Of a stretch of 64,000 nt of DNA, positions 35,401 to 46,882 are shown in pieces. Source of the DNA: an uncultured Planctomycetota bacterium (lineage in GTDB: Bacteria; Planctomycetota; Planctomycetia; Isosphaerales; Isosphaeraceae); contig CAWGMQ010000006.1 in assembly GCA_963823665.1 (NCBI GenBank), positions 864,001 to 928,000 of the forward strand, given 5' to 3'. The position numbers and the translations under genes are program-made. Positions within the stretch are counted from its first letter, which is position 1, and every line of letters begins with the position of its first letter. The notes under the pieces were generated by a model. That model did not search any database, was not told the origin of the DNA, and saw nothing but the letters and a program-made list of their open reading frames with translations.

Positions 35401-37020
35401 ATCGGCCGCTTCACCGCGACCGAAGAGCCACTGCTCGAATTGATCCAGGATCAGCAGGACTTTCTGGCCCGAACGGAGCACCCGGCCTCTGCGCAGGGAC
35501 GCGACGCAGTCGGCCAGGCCGCGCTCGGCGGGAAGGTCAGGGCAGATCGCTTTGAGCCCGCGCAGAATGCGGCGCGCGGTCTCGCCGGCAGTTGCCTCGA
35601 CATAAATCGGAATCACGTTGCGAGCCAGCCGAGGCAGGAGGCCTGCTTTCACCAGCGACGACTTGCCGCAGCCGGAAGGACCGTAAATCAACCCGACGCC
35701 AAAACTCGCGGAGAGATCGGTCGCTTCGATGCGTACCTTCCAGAATCGCAGCCACTCGGGCAGCCCGTCGCGGTCGCGCGGGCCGGGCAGAAGCTCGAGG
35801 AAGAACTCAGCGTCGTGCTGGTCGAACGATCGTAGCCCCTTGGGCACGACCCGGATCAGCGTGCCACCGCGCTCGGGGCCCAAGGAGGACGCGGATTGCG
35901 CGAGGTCCGAAGCCGCCCCAGGCGGACGCTCGATCGCCGGCCCGCTTGGGCTCGCCGTGACGTCCTGTTCGAAGAAGTGCCGCAGATCCTCCGCCAGGTC
36001 GCCCGCTGTGCTGTAGCGGTCGGACGCGCGCCCGGCCATCGCCTTGAGGCAAATCCGCTCGAGCTCCCTGGGAACGGTATCGTCGACCTGGCGCGGCGGC
36101 CGCGGATCGGCGGCAATGATCTCGATCAGCAGCTCCGAACGGGTATCAGACCGGAACGGCCTTCTTCCGGTAAGCAACTCGTAGAGAACAACGCCCAGGC
36201 TGAAGATGTCGGACCGCCCGTCGACCCGATGCCCTTCGCCGCGTGCCTGCTCCGGGCTCATGTACGCCGGCGTGCCGGCGATCTTGGCACCGGTGCCGAA
36301 ATCCTCGTCGCGGAGCGCCAGCCCAAAGTCGGCCACGCACGGCCGTCCCGCGCTGTCGATCAGGATGTTCGCCGGCTTGATGTCCCGATGAACCAGCCCG
36401 CGCACGTGCGCATGGTGAAGCGCCTGGGCAATCGCCGCCGTCCATTGCGCGGCCTCGCGCATCGAGGGCTGCCCCTGCTTGAGCCGCGCCGCGAGATCGG
36501 TCCCCTCGATGTACTTCGAGACCAAGTAGCAGGTCGCGTCCTCGGCGCGGCCAACGTCATAAACCGGAACGATGTTCGGGTGGTCGAGCCTGGCAAGCAT
36601 CCGCGCTTCGGCCAGATACGCCTCGGCATCCTCGGGGCCGGTGATGCGTTCCGGATTGGGAACCTTGATCGCCACACGCCGATCGAGGTCCGCGTCATGC
36701 GCGAGATAGACCCGGCCGAAGTTCCCCGCGCCCAGCAGGCGAAGCACACGATAGCGGCCAATAACAACCGGGTCCGGTGGAAGCGGGCCGGCGCGCGCGA
36801 GGGCGGCCGGCGGCGGGCTCTCGCAAGCCTGAGTCTGCGTGTCGGGTGAAGTGTTGTCGAGCGAGACACCGCCCGTGACCGACGAGCCTGGGTTTGTCGT
36901 CCCTGGGCCGGGGCCTTTTTGAGTAATCGATTCGGTGGGCCGCGTCGCATCGTCCAAGCGTCGGAACCTCGCGCAGACCTGACCTGACTCAGAGCGTTCC
37001 ATTATCCTCCCGAACCGCAC
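32439..37020 (-). CDS. Ser/Thr kinase-STAND NTPase-FGE/SUMF1 fusion (frameshifts near 34850 and 33410)
   Basis: GAGNFG, HRDIKPAN, DFG, GTPAYMSPEQ; GPSGCGKSS, LILDQFEQ; YRLPTEAEWEY, GNVYEWC, IGFRVAR. Confidence 0.9.
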
Positions 37021-37208
37021 CGGTTAAAACCATGTGGTCATGACCAAAATCGCCACGGCGCGCCCGCGGCGCGCCTCACGCCGGGATTTCGATCGGCCGC
37101 CCTCCGCAAGTGCACATGCGAAAACGGCTTTGGTCGATCCATGAGCCTCTTGCCCCCTGATAAATAATGATAAAAAATGATTAAAAAAAGGAGCGGCGTT
37201 TTCACCCC

Positions 37209-37657
37209 GCGTATGTTGCGCGAAGCTTCCCGCCCGTAAGAAGGGGGGGCCAGGGTGGCCTGTTGAAAACTTCCAGATTGACGAGCGGAGGTTTCCCGCC
37301 GCGAATGTCGCGCCAAGCTTCCCCCCTTAACAAGGGGGGGCCAGGGGGGGTCGTCCCGGCGGCCGCGTACGGAGAGTCGCTCGACCGCACCACTCCGACT
37401 CCTACTCATACTCTTACTCATACTCTTACTCGTACACTTCCGCCCCCATCCTCCGCCGTCCACAAGCCAAGTGGGGTCCCTCCCGGCGGCCGCCATCACA
37501 AAACGGTCGGGCAACAGAATACGCCGAATCGTCGACATGGAGTGTTCTCAGGATGAGTGGAGATCGATGAGGGGGTAGTAAAGCAGAGGAAGCCGCAGTA
37601 TAAACCGGCAAACGTTGATCCGAATCATAATCTTAATCCTAATCTCAATCTCAATCG
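37209..37657. repeat. Cluster of short REP-like and hexamer repeats
   Basis: Two AAGCTTCCCnCCnTAAnAAGGGGGGGCCAGGG palindromic copies (37223, 37315); (ACTCNT)n at ~37390-37436; (AATCNN)n at ~37623-37657. Confidence 0.7.
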
Positions 37658-37717
37658 AGTTTCGGCTCTGCAAGCCTGCCGCTCGCCGCGCCCATCATCC
37701 CCACCATCCGCCTCACC

Positions 37718-39789
37718 TCACGGCCCCCGCACATCCTGCGACCCCGTCGCTCCCTCCGCACTCACCGCGCCGTTAGCCACCCCCGCATTCAACCTCGCCA
37801 AGCGCTCCCGCTCCCGCGCTTCCGCCCGCGACCGAATCCACTCCCGCCGCCTGATCTCCTTCCACGCGTCCCGCCGCTCGCCTGCCGTCAGCGGTCGTGC
37901 TTCCGGCTTGGTCGAACCTCCCGCTCCGCTCGCTTCCGGGCCACCCGCCGGAATTGGCTTCGTTTCCAAAAAAATTGGCTTCGTTTCCGGGTTGTCAAGT
38001 CCCGAAGAACCGACGGAATTTGCCGGAACCTCAATAGTTTCTTCAGGTTGTGCTATGAGCACGTCATCACACAAATTGGCTTCGTTCGGCCTTTTTTCCG
38101 CGCATTCCTCCCCCCTTGTGGGGGACTCGCCGCCACCGGCGGCGGTAGGGGGGTGCTCGCGGATGGCCAGAGTCGACCCGCCCCCGTCGCCGCTCCCGGC
38201 AACCCCTTCATCGCACCCCCGATCCGCAGCTTCTGCCAGTTCATCCTGCCTGACTTCACCCACACTACCCGCGTTCAGCTCCGCGTCGCAGGTCCCGGCG
38301 CCCTCAGATTCAGAGCTCCCCGCTCCAGGATTCGGCACATCGTCCTCCACCGCAGCCGCAGGCTCGACCTCGCAGTCGCCGCCACCCGCAACGCCGATGT
38401 ACCTCTCGGGCAGATACCCCCCGCACGCGAGAACGTCCGATTCCTCAACCACAACCGAGTCCCACCCGCGGCGCTTTTCCTTCGAAGTAGCAGGCACACT
38501 CCGTGTGCCGTCCGCCTGAGTCTCACGGCCGCTTTCAAGTGCCGCGCCCGAAGTGCCATCCGCGATTGGCCCGCCGCTCCCACACTCACCCGCACCCGCC
38601 CCACCCTCCGCGTGTTGGACGCGGGTCTCCTGACCCCGCCCTCCGCCCTCCGCCCTCCGTCCTGCCTTCCGCTCGCCCCCCGCGCTCTCCCTCCACCAAG
38701 CCGCTGGCCGCCCGTCATAAGGGCTATTATCCTTCCCCGGCACCGGTGGCAAGGCTTCCCCATCGCTATCGGCCTTCCGCGCGCGTTTCTCCCTCCGAAC
38801 CGCCACGAGTCCTCGCTCCAGCGAGCCCTTGTATTTCAGAAACTCTCGGCGCATCGCCACAGCCTTCGGGCTATTCTCAAACGCCTTGAGCGCCCGTATC
38901 CTTACAGCATCCTCCCCGGCATTCTCTTCGTGCTCCGTGGCAAGCGCCCGGATCCGCTCGATCTCGGTCTGCACCATTTCGATCAGGCTCTGCCTGGCCT
39001 TCTCCGGTCCATCCGGGTGCGATAGGTCGCGCCACTTCACCTTGATGGCCTGTACATGGGCCTCGAGCACCGGTTCGCTCATATCGCTTTGTAGATCATC
39101 AAACGGTTTGCCCACCGGCCGAATCGCGTGACTTGCCGCGAAAACCTCGGCGACCCGCCTGTCTGCGATGCCGTCCACAGGATTCCGCCCCAGCAGCCGG
39201 ATCATCCGCAACCGATCTCCCGCGGCCCAGAAATGCTTCTGCGCGTTCTCAAGCAATTCTTCCAGCACTCCGAGCATCCAGAAGCAACCGATCGCGCTCG
39301 ATTCCAGTTTCCCCACGACCTTCCCGGGCTCGAGCGCGGCGCAGTTTCGCTCCCCCACGACGGTCCCCCCGGTTTCCTGTTGTTGAAGCGACTCGTGCCA
39401 TACAACGCCAGCGGCACCCCTCGCGGATCGGAGAACAGAAAGTTCCCCGTGTCGTATGCCTCTTCGATCTCGATGTCCACGGCCGTATCAATCGCGCTCT
39501 GAGCTTGTTCGAAGTACGCACGCTCCGCACGGTCCATCTCCCCAGCCACGAATAAGTTCGAGTGCACCAGAAACTCCTCGGGGTCGGTCTCCGGCGCATA
39601 AGTCCCGGCCCAGCGTATGTATCGCGATTGATAGGCAATGCTCTCGTCCCGCCCGAGCTTCTCCTGCTCCGAGCGAATCGTTCGCTTCCGAGCGTTCATA
39701 GCCGAGCGGGAGCGCCCCGACGGAGTCACGGGACCTGTGGAGCGCAAAGCATTGCGCCGGTTCGCATCGATTTGTGCTTGAGAGGCCAT
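37718..39789 (-). CDS. Planctomycete-type hypothetical protein (frameshift near 39360)
   Basis: N-terminal MASQAQIDANRRNALRSTGPVTPSGRSRSAMNA; low-complexity tail with NEAN/ETKPI repeats. Confidence 0.7.
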
Positions 39790-39821
39790 ATCAGTGTAAT
39801 TTCCTATTGAATTTGAGCCCG

Positions 39822-39893
39822 CGCCAATGTCGCCCTTCGCTCCGCAAAGGTATTCGGTCCTCGCCCCAGTGTCGCCCTTCGCTCTCGCGAAGG
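39822..39893. repeat. Two direct copies of TGTCGCCCTTCGCTC(T)CGCRAAGG REP-like palindrome
   Basis: ccaatgtcgcccttcgctccgcaaagg and ccagtgtcgcccttcgctctcgcgaagg. Confidence 0.65.
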
Positions 39894-40289
39894 GCCATCC
39901 CAATCCCACGGTATGCCATGCTCGGTCCGCCACGCTTCACTCACGCCCGTCCTCCGCCGTTGAACATCCTGCCCGGTTCCTCCCGCGCAGTTTCATCCAG
40001 CCGGTTTCTCCCCGCGCAAGATCACCGTGCCCTCCTGCACTCTGCGTCGAGCCCCCGAGCCATACTTCACGACAGTCAAATAAGTATAAACGAATGGAAC
40101 TCCCCATGAACTCCCCAAGCAATCAACAACATGACTCGATTATTTGGGGTTTGTTCCTGCATTTTGTAGCGAACGATGCGCAGATTTCCCCCAGACCCCC
40201 ATAACAACGAATATGCGAGAAGTGGGCTTCGCGGCGTTGAGCATTGTGACAGGCCTGTAGCGCGATGGCGACGGCCTCGATCGATTCCT

Positions 40290-41732
40290 CTATAGCGTTG
40301 CTATCGGACTGAGCTGGAAGCCCATCGCCGCCGCCTTCCGCTGGAGCGCTCTCACCAGATTGGCTTTGATCTTGGCCTCGTACTCCTCCATCGACTGGGT
40401 CACATACTCTTCGCCGTACTTGAGCATCCTGTAGACCAAACAGGCCAGCTTGTGTGCAGTCGCCTTGACGGCTCCAAGTCCACCGATCCGACTTTTGATC
40501 CGTCGGTAGTACATGCCCAAGGGTGTCATCGTCTTGCCTGCTGACTGCGCGGCCATCCGTAGGGCGATAGCGACTCGGTTCTTCCCTTGGCGATGACCGC
40601 GACGTCTTTTGGTCTTATTGCTCTCATCCTGGGAAGGACAAAGACGCAGCCAACTTGCGAAGTGCTTCTCCGTGGGAAACCGACTGACGTCCACACCGAT
40701 TTCGGCCAGAATGATCAGGGCCGTTCCCACGCCGATTCCCTCGATTTTTGTCAGGTCTACACCCAATGCCTGGAACAACGGGCCCGTCGCCTCGAATCGG
40801 GCATCGTTGCTTTTGCGACCACGCGTGCGTGGCTTACCAGTTTGTGTCTTCTCTCCCGCCCGGTTTTCGAATTTGGCCAGTTCGGCTTCAATCTGCTGGT
40901 CACACTCGGTGATCTGCCCATGATGGAACTGGTACAGCTCGCGCACCTGCCGCAGCTCGAAGAGATGTTCGGGCCGCCATGTCCCTTCCAACGCTAGGGC
41001 AATCTGCTCCTCGCTGTGATTACAGCGCCCATGCCGCAGTTTGGCCAGCTTCTTGGGATTGCGTTGGCCTCGCAGAATGGCGTCGATGATCGAAATGCCC
41101 GTCAGTCCCGTGATGTCGCTCATGACTTCCGTCAGTTTGACGTTCATCTGCTCCAAGGCCTTCTGCATGTGTTGGACATGAGCAGCGGCGTAACGCACCA
41201 GCATCTGCCGTTGCCGGGAGTAGGCGCGCAGGGCCAACACGGAGTCCGGAGGTCGGAACGACCCACGTAAGAGGCCGTAGGAGTGCAACCGCTGGATCCA
41301 CTGCGCGTCGAGTACGTCCGTCTTGGGGCGCGCGCCACAACGCGAAAGCTGTCCCGGTTCGACCAGCATAACCTCGAAGCCCTGGGATTCGAGGAGCTCG
41401 AACAGAGGAATCCAGTAAATGCCGGTGGATTCCAACGCGACGGTTTTTACGCCGCATTTCTTTAACCACACGGCGATCTCCTGAAGATCGGCGGTGTTGG
41501 CACCGAACTGGCGGACTGGGTCAACGTCGCGGTCAGCGGGAACGCAGACCATATGCATGTCGGAATGAACATCAACTCCGGCTGCGTCTGGATTCACGAC
41601 ACTGAGCGGTGCAGAGGAGGCGGGGACGGGGACGGGAAGCGACCTGACCCGCGGCTTGTTGGTCGGCTCCTTGGGTTTGCTCGGCTTCTTGGGCTTGCGT
41701 GGCTTCTTCGGCTCTTCGTGGGGGACAAGCAT
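40290..41732 (-). CDS. IS110 family DEDD transposase/recombinase
   Basis: AAGVDVH, ALESTGIYW, KTDVLDAQW; IEGIG...EIG...FASWLRLCP; AHKLA. Confidence 0.95.
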   Translation of the reverse strand: MLVPHEEPKKPRKPKKPSKPKEPTNKPRVRSLPVPVPASSAPLSVVNPDAAGVDVHSDMHMVCVPADRDVDPVRQFGANTADLQEIAVWLKKCGVKTVALESTGIYWIPLFELLESQGFEVMLVEPGQLSRCGARPKTDVLDAQWIQRLHSYGLLRGSFRPPDSVLALRAYSRQRQMLVRYAAAHVQHMQKALEQMNVKLTEVMSDITGLTGISIIDAILRGQRNPKKLAKLRHGRCNHSEEQIALALEGTWRPEHLFELRQVRELYQFHHGQITECDQQIEAELAKFENRAGEKTQTGKPRTRGRKSNDARFEATGPLFQALGVDLTKIEGIGVGTALIILAEIGVDVSRFPTEKHFASWLRLCPSQDESNKTKRRRGHRQGKNRVAIALRMAAQSAGKTMTPLGMYYRRIKSRIGGLGAVKATAHKLACLVYRMLKYGEEYVTQSMEEYEAKIKANLVRALQRKAAAMGFQLSPIATL

Positions 41733-41739
41733 GGGATCT

Positions 41740-42000
41740 CTCCGCTTCGCGGGTAGGTGTGGTGAAACGACAAGGCGCCGCGAGCCAAGAGGGGTATCGG
41801 GAACGAAATAGTCTCCCCAACGGGATCAATACCACGCCGGAAAAACCCGGCATGGCAAGTCACCAATGACAAGGTCGAAGCCTCTCGGACCATGCTGAAT
41901 GTCGGGCTAAAAGCACCAACGTGCCAACGGCCACTGACGCGCGTCGCCATATGGCAACGTCGACATAATGAGGTAAACCAAACCAGACCTTTCTCGACCC
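41740..42000 (-). ncRNA. Candidate IS110 bridge RNA (left-end non-coding region)
   Basis: ORF-free, hairpin-rich region directly upstream of an IS110 transposase, where IS110-group bridge RNAs are encoded; fold not computed. Confidence 0.55.
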
Positions 42001-42651
42001 AAGTTCACGGGCCGTGAGGGGGCCGTACGCGGCTCGACCCGTTAAATGGGACTGCTGACCCCAAAAAAGTCCCATTCTTATTGCCGTAGGGAGTCCCGCG
42101 CGATGGCAGGCCAAAAAACCCCGGCGCAGCACGGAAATGCTGAGAAACAAACAGGATAGCGCCACCAGGCCCGTTCGACGATCCCTTGGCCCGCCGGTTG
42201 AAAACTCACCCTGCCCGCCCTCGATACCCGTCCCACGCTCGCCGTCGCTCAAAAATCGAGGATCGTGCACTCCGCGCCGTGCCCCCTCCGCGAGCGCAGG
42301 CCACGCCGTGCTTTCCCGCTCCACGAGCATGATCGAAACACACTGAGATCCTCGAGCCCACGCTCGAGCAAACGAAAAGAGCATTCGCGGTTCCAGATAA
42401 GAGGTGGGTGGTATCTCGCGCCGACTCCAGTGTCGGCGATCGAGATGCGGCTACTTATAATATGCGACCGGTTTCCCGAATTTCGCGATTTCGTCGGCCA
42501 GAAAACCTGGGATTTTTTCTCACGTCGCAACGGATGCAACGACGAACTTGATCGAAACTCCAGATTTGCGCACTCCGCGCCAAAAACGGGAAAAAACACC
42601 CCACGCGATTCCCACTTCCAGGCTTTCCGTGGATTATTTAACCACTCGCTC

Positions 42652-42687
42652 TTTTCCGTGTCGTTCGGTGTGTTCCGTGGTTAAAAG
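42652..42687. repeat. TTCCGTGT...TTCCGTGGTT short REP-like repeat
   Basis: ttttccgtgtcgttcggtgtgttccgtggttaaaa. Confidence 0.45.
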
Positions 42688-42883
42688 TACACTCTCCAAC
42701 CGCGGTGGCTTGCCCTGGCCGGTATCAACCCCCTAGACCAGCCGCGACGTGGACCCGGTTCGGCGTCCTGACCGAATAAGCAACTCTGACATCCCCCTAC
42801 ATCTAGACAAGGCGCCGAGGAGGCTGGGCGTCGCGGGGCCGCTCGGCCAAGCCGGCCTCCTCGGCGCCTTCGCTCCTCGCGGC

Positions 42884-44785
42884 TCATTTGGGATTGCCTG
42901 CAACGGGCCGCCGGGATCCGATCTGGGGGATCAACTTGCCGTCGCGCCAGATGTAAAAGCTGTTCGTTCCAGAAGCGTCCCAGTCAGACACTCTCGCACC
43001 TTCCTCCAAGTCGATCTTGAATGCATCGGTGCCTTCGAACACGGGGTTGAGCTCGACCTCGCTCCGTGTGATGGTGCTCACCCACCGCTCGGGAGCCCGA
43101 CCGTTGGGCGTGTAGGTGGCCGACACGGTGCCACTCAATGGGATCAGGTAATCGCCAAATTTCTTATACTTAATGTCGGAAACTGTCTTTTGAATAGACT
43201 CGGATTGGGTTGTATCGATGTGCTCGCCGAATCGCGAATCCTCATAGACGTTTCCGCGCCCCTTGTACATGGTGGCCTTCCGGAGACAGTAATCACTCGC
43301 CGGATCGAGCCAGACCGAGAGGTCGCCGTACTCGGTACGCGCTGAAACATGGAGGCACCGGACTCCATCAACGACCTCTTCGTCGGCGGCGAGTTGAGGA
43401 GTTGCAGCGAGGATTGCGACGAGACTTTTTCTCCGATTGCCGCACAGATAGCCGTCGAGCGCGAACCCGAGGTCGGAGCCGTAGAAAGCCCGCGCCGAGT
43501 ACGACTCACGATTCGCGAACGTTACGCCCCCACTCAGGTTTTTTCGGCCGATCGTCGTTGTTCGCACCAGATGAAAGGTGCCATCATCGATGGCTCGGGT
43601 GGTCACGTTCCCCGGATAATTTTCCGGCTGGCCGAGGAGCACAGTCTTCGAGTGGTAATCGACCTTGGGGCCATCTTTCCGGATGATCACTTCGGTATCG
43701 ACCTCACGTGGTCCGCGAGCTTTGCTCTTGACCTTCATGGAAAACCGCTGATGCCAATTTGAGTTCTTTGTTGCCGATTCCAGCACCTCCTTCACTCCCA
43801 TAACCGGATCGGGTGGGGAGTCCGAGATTCGGGGCAACGCGTCGATCGTTGTGGCCTGGCGCCCGGGCTGAGAGGGCGAATCCCCGGGACGGTGGTCGGT
43901 CCCGGCCGGCTCCGAGGCCACCTTTGCCACTGCGGCCGAGACAGCCCCGGCGGCCAGCAAGGCAAGCGATACGGTCTTCAGCTTGGCGAGTAACATCTGC
44001 TTCATCTCCCCCTCGACGATCGAAGACACCGACGCCGAGAACACCCCGGCCGTCGCCTCACCGAATCGGAGCGAAACCGCGATTCGGACCGTATTCTCGA
44101 TGAGCATCGGCGGCACCTCGGCCGCCGTGGCAATCCGCGAACCGGCCGACAAAGTGGCGATGGTGGTCGCGCCGAGACCCCGGCGTTCGAGCCGGTCCCG
44201 CAGCAGCCCCCGGCCCCGAGCCAGGCGGCTGGCCACGGTCCCCTCGGGCACCCCGAGCTGGTGGGCTGCCTCTCGGCGGGAGATGCCCTCCAGCTCGCAC
44301 AGGATCACCGGCATTCTGTACTTCTCCGGCAGCCGGCCCAGCTCCTCGTCGAGCAGCCCGTCGAACTGGCCTCGGCCCTCTTCCTGATAGGATTCGCCCC
44401 GTGCCGCGCGCATCGCCCGCTTCTCCCCGGCCCGGCGCCGCTCGGCACGGGCCCGAGCCGACTGGGCCGTGCGTACTGCCACTCCGTAGAGCCAGCCGGC
44501 TAAACGCTCGCGCCGGGCGACCGAGGCGGCCCGGCGAACCAGGACCAAGAAGGTTGCCTGGAAGGCGTCCTCGGCGTCGTGCGCATCACGGAGGATACGC
44601 CGGCAGGTACGCAGGACCATGGGGCCGTGCCGCGCGACCAGCTCCGCAAAGGCCACTTCGGCCTCCTCGCGATGCCGCGACAGGAAGCGTTCCAGAAGTT
44701 GGGGATCAGTCAGGGCCCCAGCCGCCCCGATGGTGAAGAGCGTGCGGATCTCCCGCCCGACGGCTCCCGATACCCCTCTCGCCAT
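42884..44785 (-). CDS. ECF sigma factor with TM segment and extracytoplasmic C-terminal extension
   Basis: DAEDAFQATFLVL, WLYGVA, LPEKYR...EGTVASRLARGR; hydrophobic segment, then a soluble domain. Confidence 0.92.
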   Translation of the reverse strand: MARGVSGAVGREIRTLFTIGAAGALTDPQLLERFLSRHREEAEVAFAELVARHGPMVLRTCRRILRDAHDAEDAFQATFLVLVRRAASVARRERLAGWLYGVAVRTAQSARARAERRRAGEKRAMRAARGESYQEEGRGQFDGLLDEELGRLPEKYRMPVILCELEGISRREAAHQLGVPEGTVASRLARGRGLLRDRLERRGLGATTIATLSAGSRIATAAEVPPMLIENTVRIAVSLRFGEATAGVFSASVSSIVEGEMKQMLLAKLKTVSLALLAAGAVSAAVAKVASEPAGTDHRPGDSPSQPGRQATTIDALPRISDSPPDPVMGVKEVLESATKNSNWHQRFSMKVKSKARGPREVDTEVIIRKDGPKVDYHSKTVLLGQPENYPGNVTTRAIDDGTFHLVRTTTIGRKNLSGGVTFANRESYSARAFYGSDLGFALDGYLCGNRRKSLVAILAATPQLAADEEVVDGVRCLHVSARTEYGDLSVWLDPASDYCLRKATMYKGRGNVYEDSRFGEHIDTTQSESIQKTVSDIKYKKFGDYLIPLSGTVSATYTPNGRAPERWVSTITRSEVELNPVFEGTDAFKIDLEEGARVSDWDASGTNSFYIWRDGKLIPQIGSRRPVAGNPK

Positions 44786-44920
44786 GAGTCCAGCCCCTCG
44801 GCCCCCGGCCTTCCCCTTCCTACTGTTATACTGTCGCCAGGGGGCGCGAATGGTCCGTCAATTTGGTCCGCGCGCGACTTTTTCTTGCAGCGGACGACCT
44901 CCCGTCGACGGCAATTGTCG

Positions 44921-46776
44921 CTACCAGGAGCCGTCGCTCTCGTTCAATCGCTGCTTCATCCTGAGCAGCAGGAACAAGCGGTACGGCACCATTTCCCCGC
45001 GGCCGTTCTTGACGAACCGATTCCAGTAATCCTCCGCGACCCTCTCGAATCTCCCCTCGGCCTGTACATCGTCGCCCATGATGACAACTAGGTTCTCCAG
45101 CGCATCCGCGATCGACACACCGTTCTGCCTGGCGACGTCGTTGTTGATGACCAGCTCATATCGCGGGTAGTGGCCGGCGAGGAAGGTGAAGAGGCCCTCC
45201 AGATTCTTGCGTTTCAACAGGTCATCCATGAACGTCTCCGCCCCACTTCCGGGCCGCCCGTCACCGTGCGAGTTCGTCTTTTCCAGGACGCGTACGGAGA
45301 AACCCCCGGCTGCGACGAAAACCGACACCGCGGGCGGCTCGAAGAACTCGAGATCGACATTCAACGTCCGGCTTTTTTCCTCGAGCGTCTCGATGATCTG
45401 ACGCGAGGTCAGCTTGCGGTCGGACCGATCCTTCAAATGGATGAGACAGGTCCCCGCGGTCGAATCGCGGTCCTCCGTCCGGAGCTCGTAACCCGCCAGT
45501 GAGGAGACCGAGGTGATCCCGTCGATGCCCCTGGCGATCGCACCCAGCTCGTGGCACCTGGCGCTCGTGTATTCGAGTGTCGAGTCCCGAGGAGTCTCGA
45601 TGACCGCATAGATCATGTCCCGGTTCTCGAGCGGAATGACCTCGAAGTTCATGCCGCGAGGGAACGCCGCCGCCTTCAGCTCCTCGAGGTCCTTCTCGAG
45701 CGCCTCGATGGCGATGGCGGCGCTCCAGCCGGGCAGAGGCTTCAGGACGATCGTCGTCGCGGGGTGCCCGTCGATGTCCGTGGAAATATCGAAGAACGGG
45801 GGCGCCATGTCCACCCGGCCGACGTCCTTGAGTCGCAGGATCTTGCCGTCGGGACTGGCCTTTAGAATGATTTTTTCCCATTGCTCGGGCTTGTTGTAGC
45901 GGCTGGGGCTGATGTGAATCAGCTCGTACTCCTTCGACTGCCACGTCTTCGTGGCCCGGTCGAGTTGCGAGGCGTCCAAGGTCGACGGCGTGAGGGCCTG
46001 GATGATGTCGTTGGACGACAGGTTGTGGGCCCGCAAGCGGTCGGGGTTCAACCGGATCCGCAGGGCGGAGCGGCGGCTGGCGAGGTTCCTGAGGACATCC
46101 ATGCCCTTGATGCGCCTGGAGAGGTTCCTGGGGATATCCATGCCCTCGATGCGCCTGAGACGGGGCATGACGACGACGTTCGCGAAGTTGACGAGATCCT
46201 TCTGGTGGGCGTCGGGGGCGGTCGAGTAGACGTTCACATACACCAGCTTGCTGTCCGGCGCGAAGATGCGGCCCGTGCTCCCGACGCCGCGGTCACCCCC
46301 GGCCTGCGGTGGCTTCTCCGCCTTCGCCGCGGCGTCCGTCCCGTCGGGCAAGGAGATTTCGATGATGAGATTCGGCAACGCCTTGAGGATCTGCGACTTG
46401 CCCACAGTGGTGACCTGGGTATGGTCGGCCGCCAGCACCTTCAGGCTCGTTATCCCTCCCAGGTGAACGAGTCCGGCATCGGTGATCCACGTACGGTCGA
46501 GCCGAAGATTCTGGAGCCGAGGTAAGCGACTCAGGTGCGCCAGGCCAGCGTCGCCAACCTTCGTGCGCGCCAGCGTCAGGTCCTCCAGGCTCGCGAGTCC
46601 CTCGAGAGATGCCAGGCCGGCGTCGCCGACCTGCGTACTCGCAAGTTCCAGCGATCGGAGCTTGGCCAGGCCCTTCAGGTGGACCAGCCCCGCATCGGTC
46701 ACCGGCGTGCGCCGCAGCGACAGGAACTCAAGGCCAGTCAGCGCTTCGAGGTGAACCAGCGCGGCATCCGTGATCG
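44921..46776 (-). pseudogene. 5'-truncated leucine-rich-repeat protein fused to AcrB/RND periplasmic-domain segments
   Basis: LxxLxLxxTxVTDAGLxHL repeats; RIRLNPDRLRAHNLS, ILRLKDVGRV, FVKNGRGEMVPY; no TM bundle; 5' end replaced by the repeat stutter. Confidence 0.75.
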
Positions 46777-46882
46777 GAGAAGCCAGAGAAGCCAGACACC
46801 CAATCTCTGAGGAGCCAGAGAGGAGCCAGACACCCAATCTCGAGGAGCCAGACACCCAATCTCTGGTTCCGAGGAGGAGCCA
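46777..46882 (+). repeat. Stuttered tandem copies of GAGGAGCCAGACACCCAATCTC
   Basis: Three CCAGACACCCAATCTC copies interleaved with partial GAG(G/A)AGCCAG units. Confidence 0.85.

Larger units (their letters stand above)
40100..42025 (-). mobile_element. IS110 family element (ends approximate)
   Basis: Intact transposase, ~290-nt upstream non-coding region, no terminal inverted repeats; candidate right end at the GAACTCCCC direct repeat near 40100. Confidence 0.65.

Noticed and set aside
42030..42880. ncRNA or second IS in the long non-coding stretch
   Set aside because: No identifiable ORF, terminal repeats or recognisable RNA motif; cannot be supported by eye
46777..46882. CRISPR array
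   Set aside because: No unique spacers, irregular unit lengths and no cas genes
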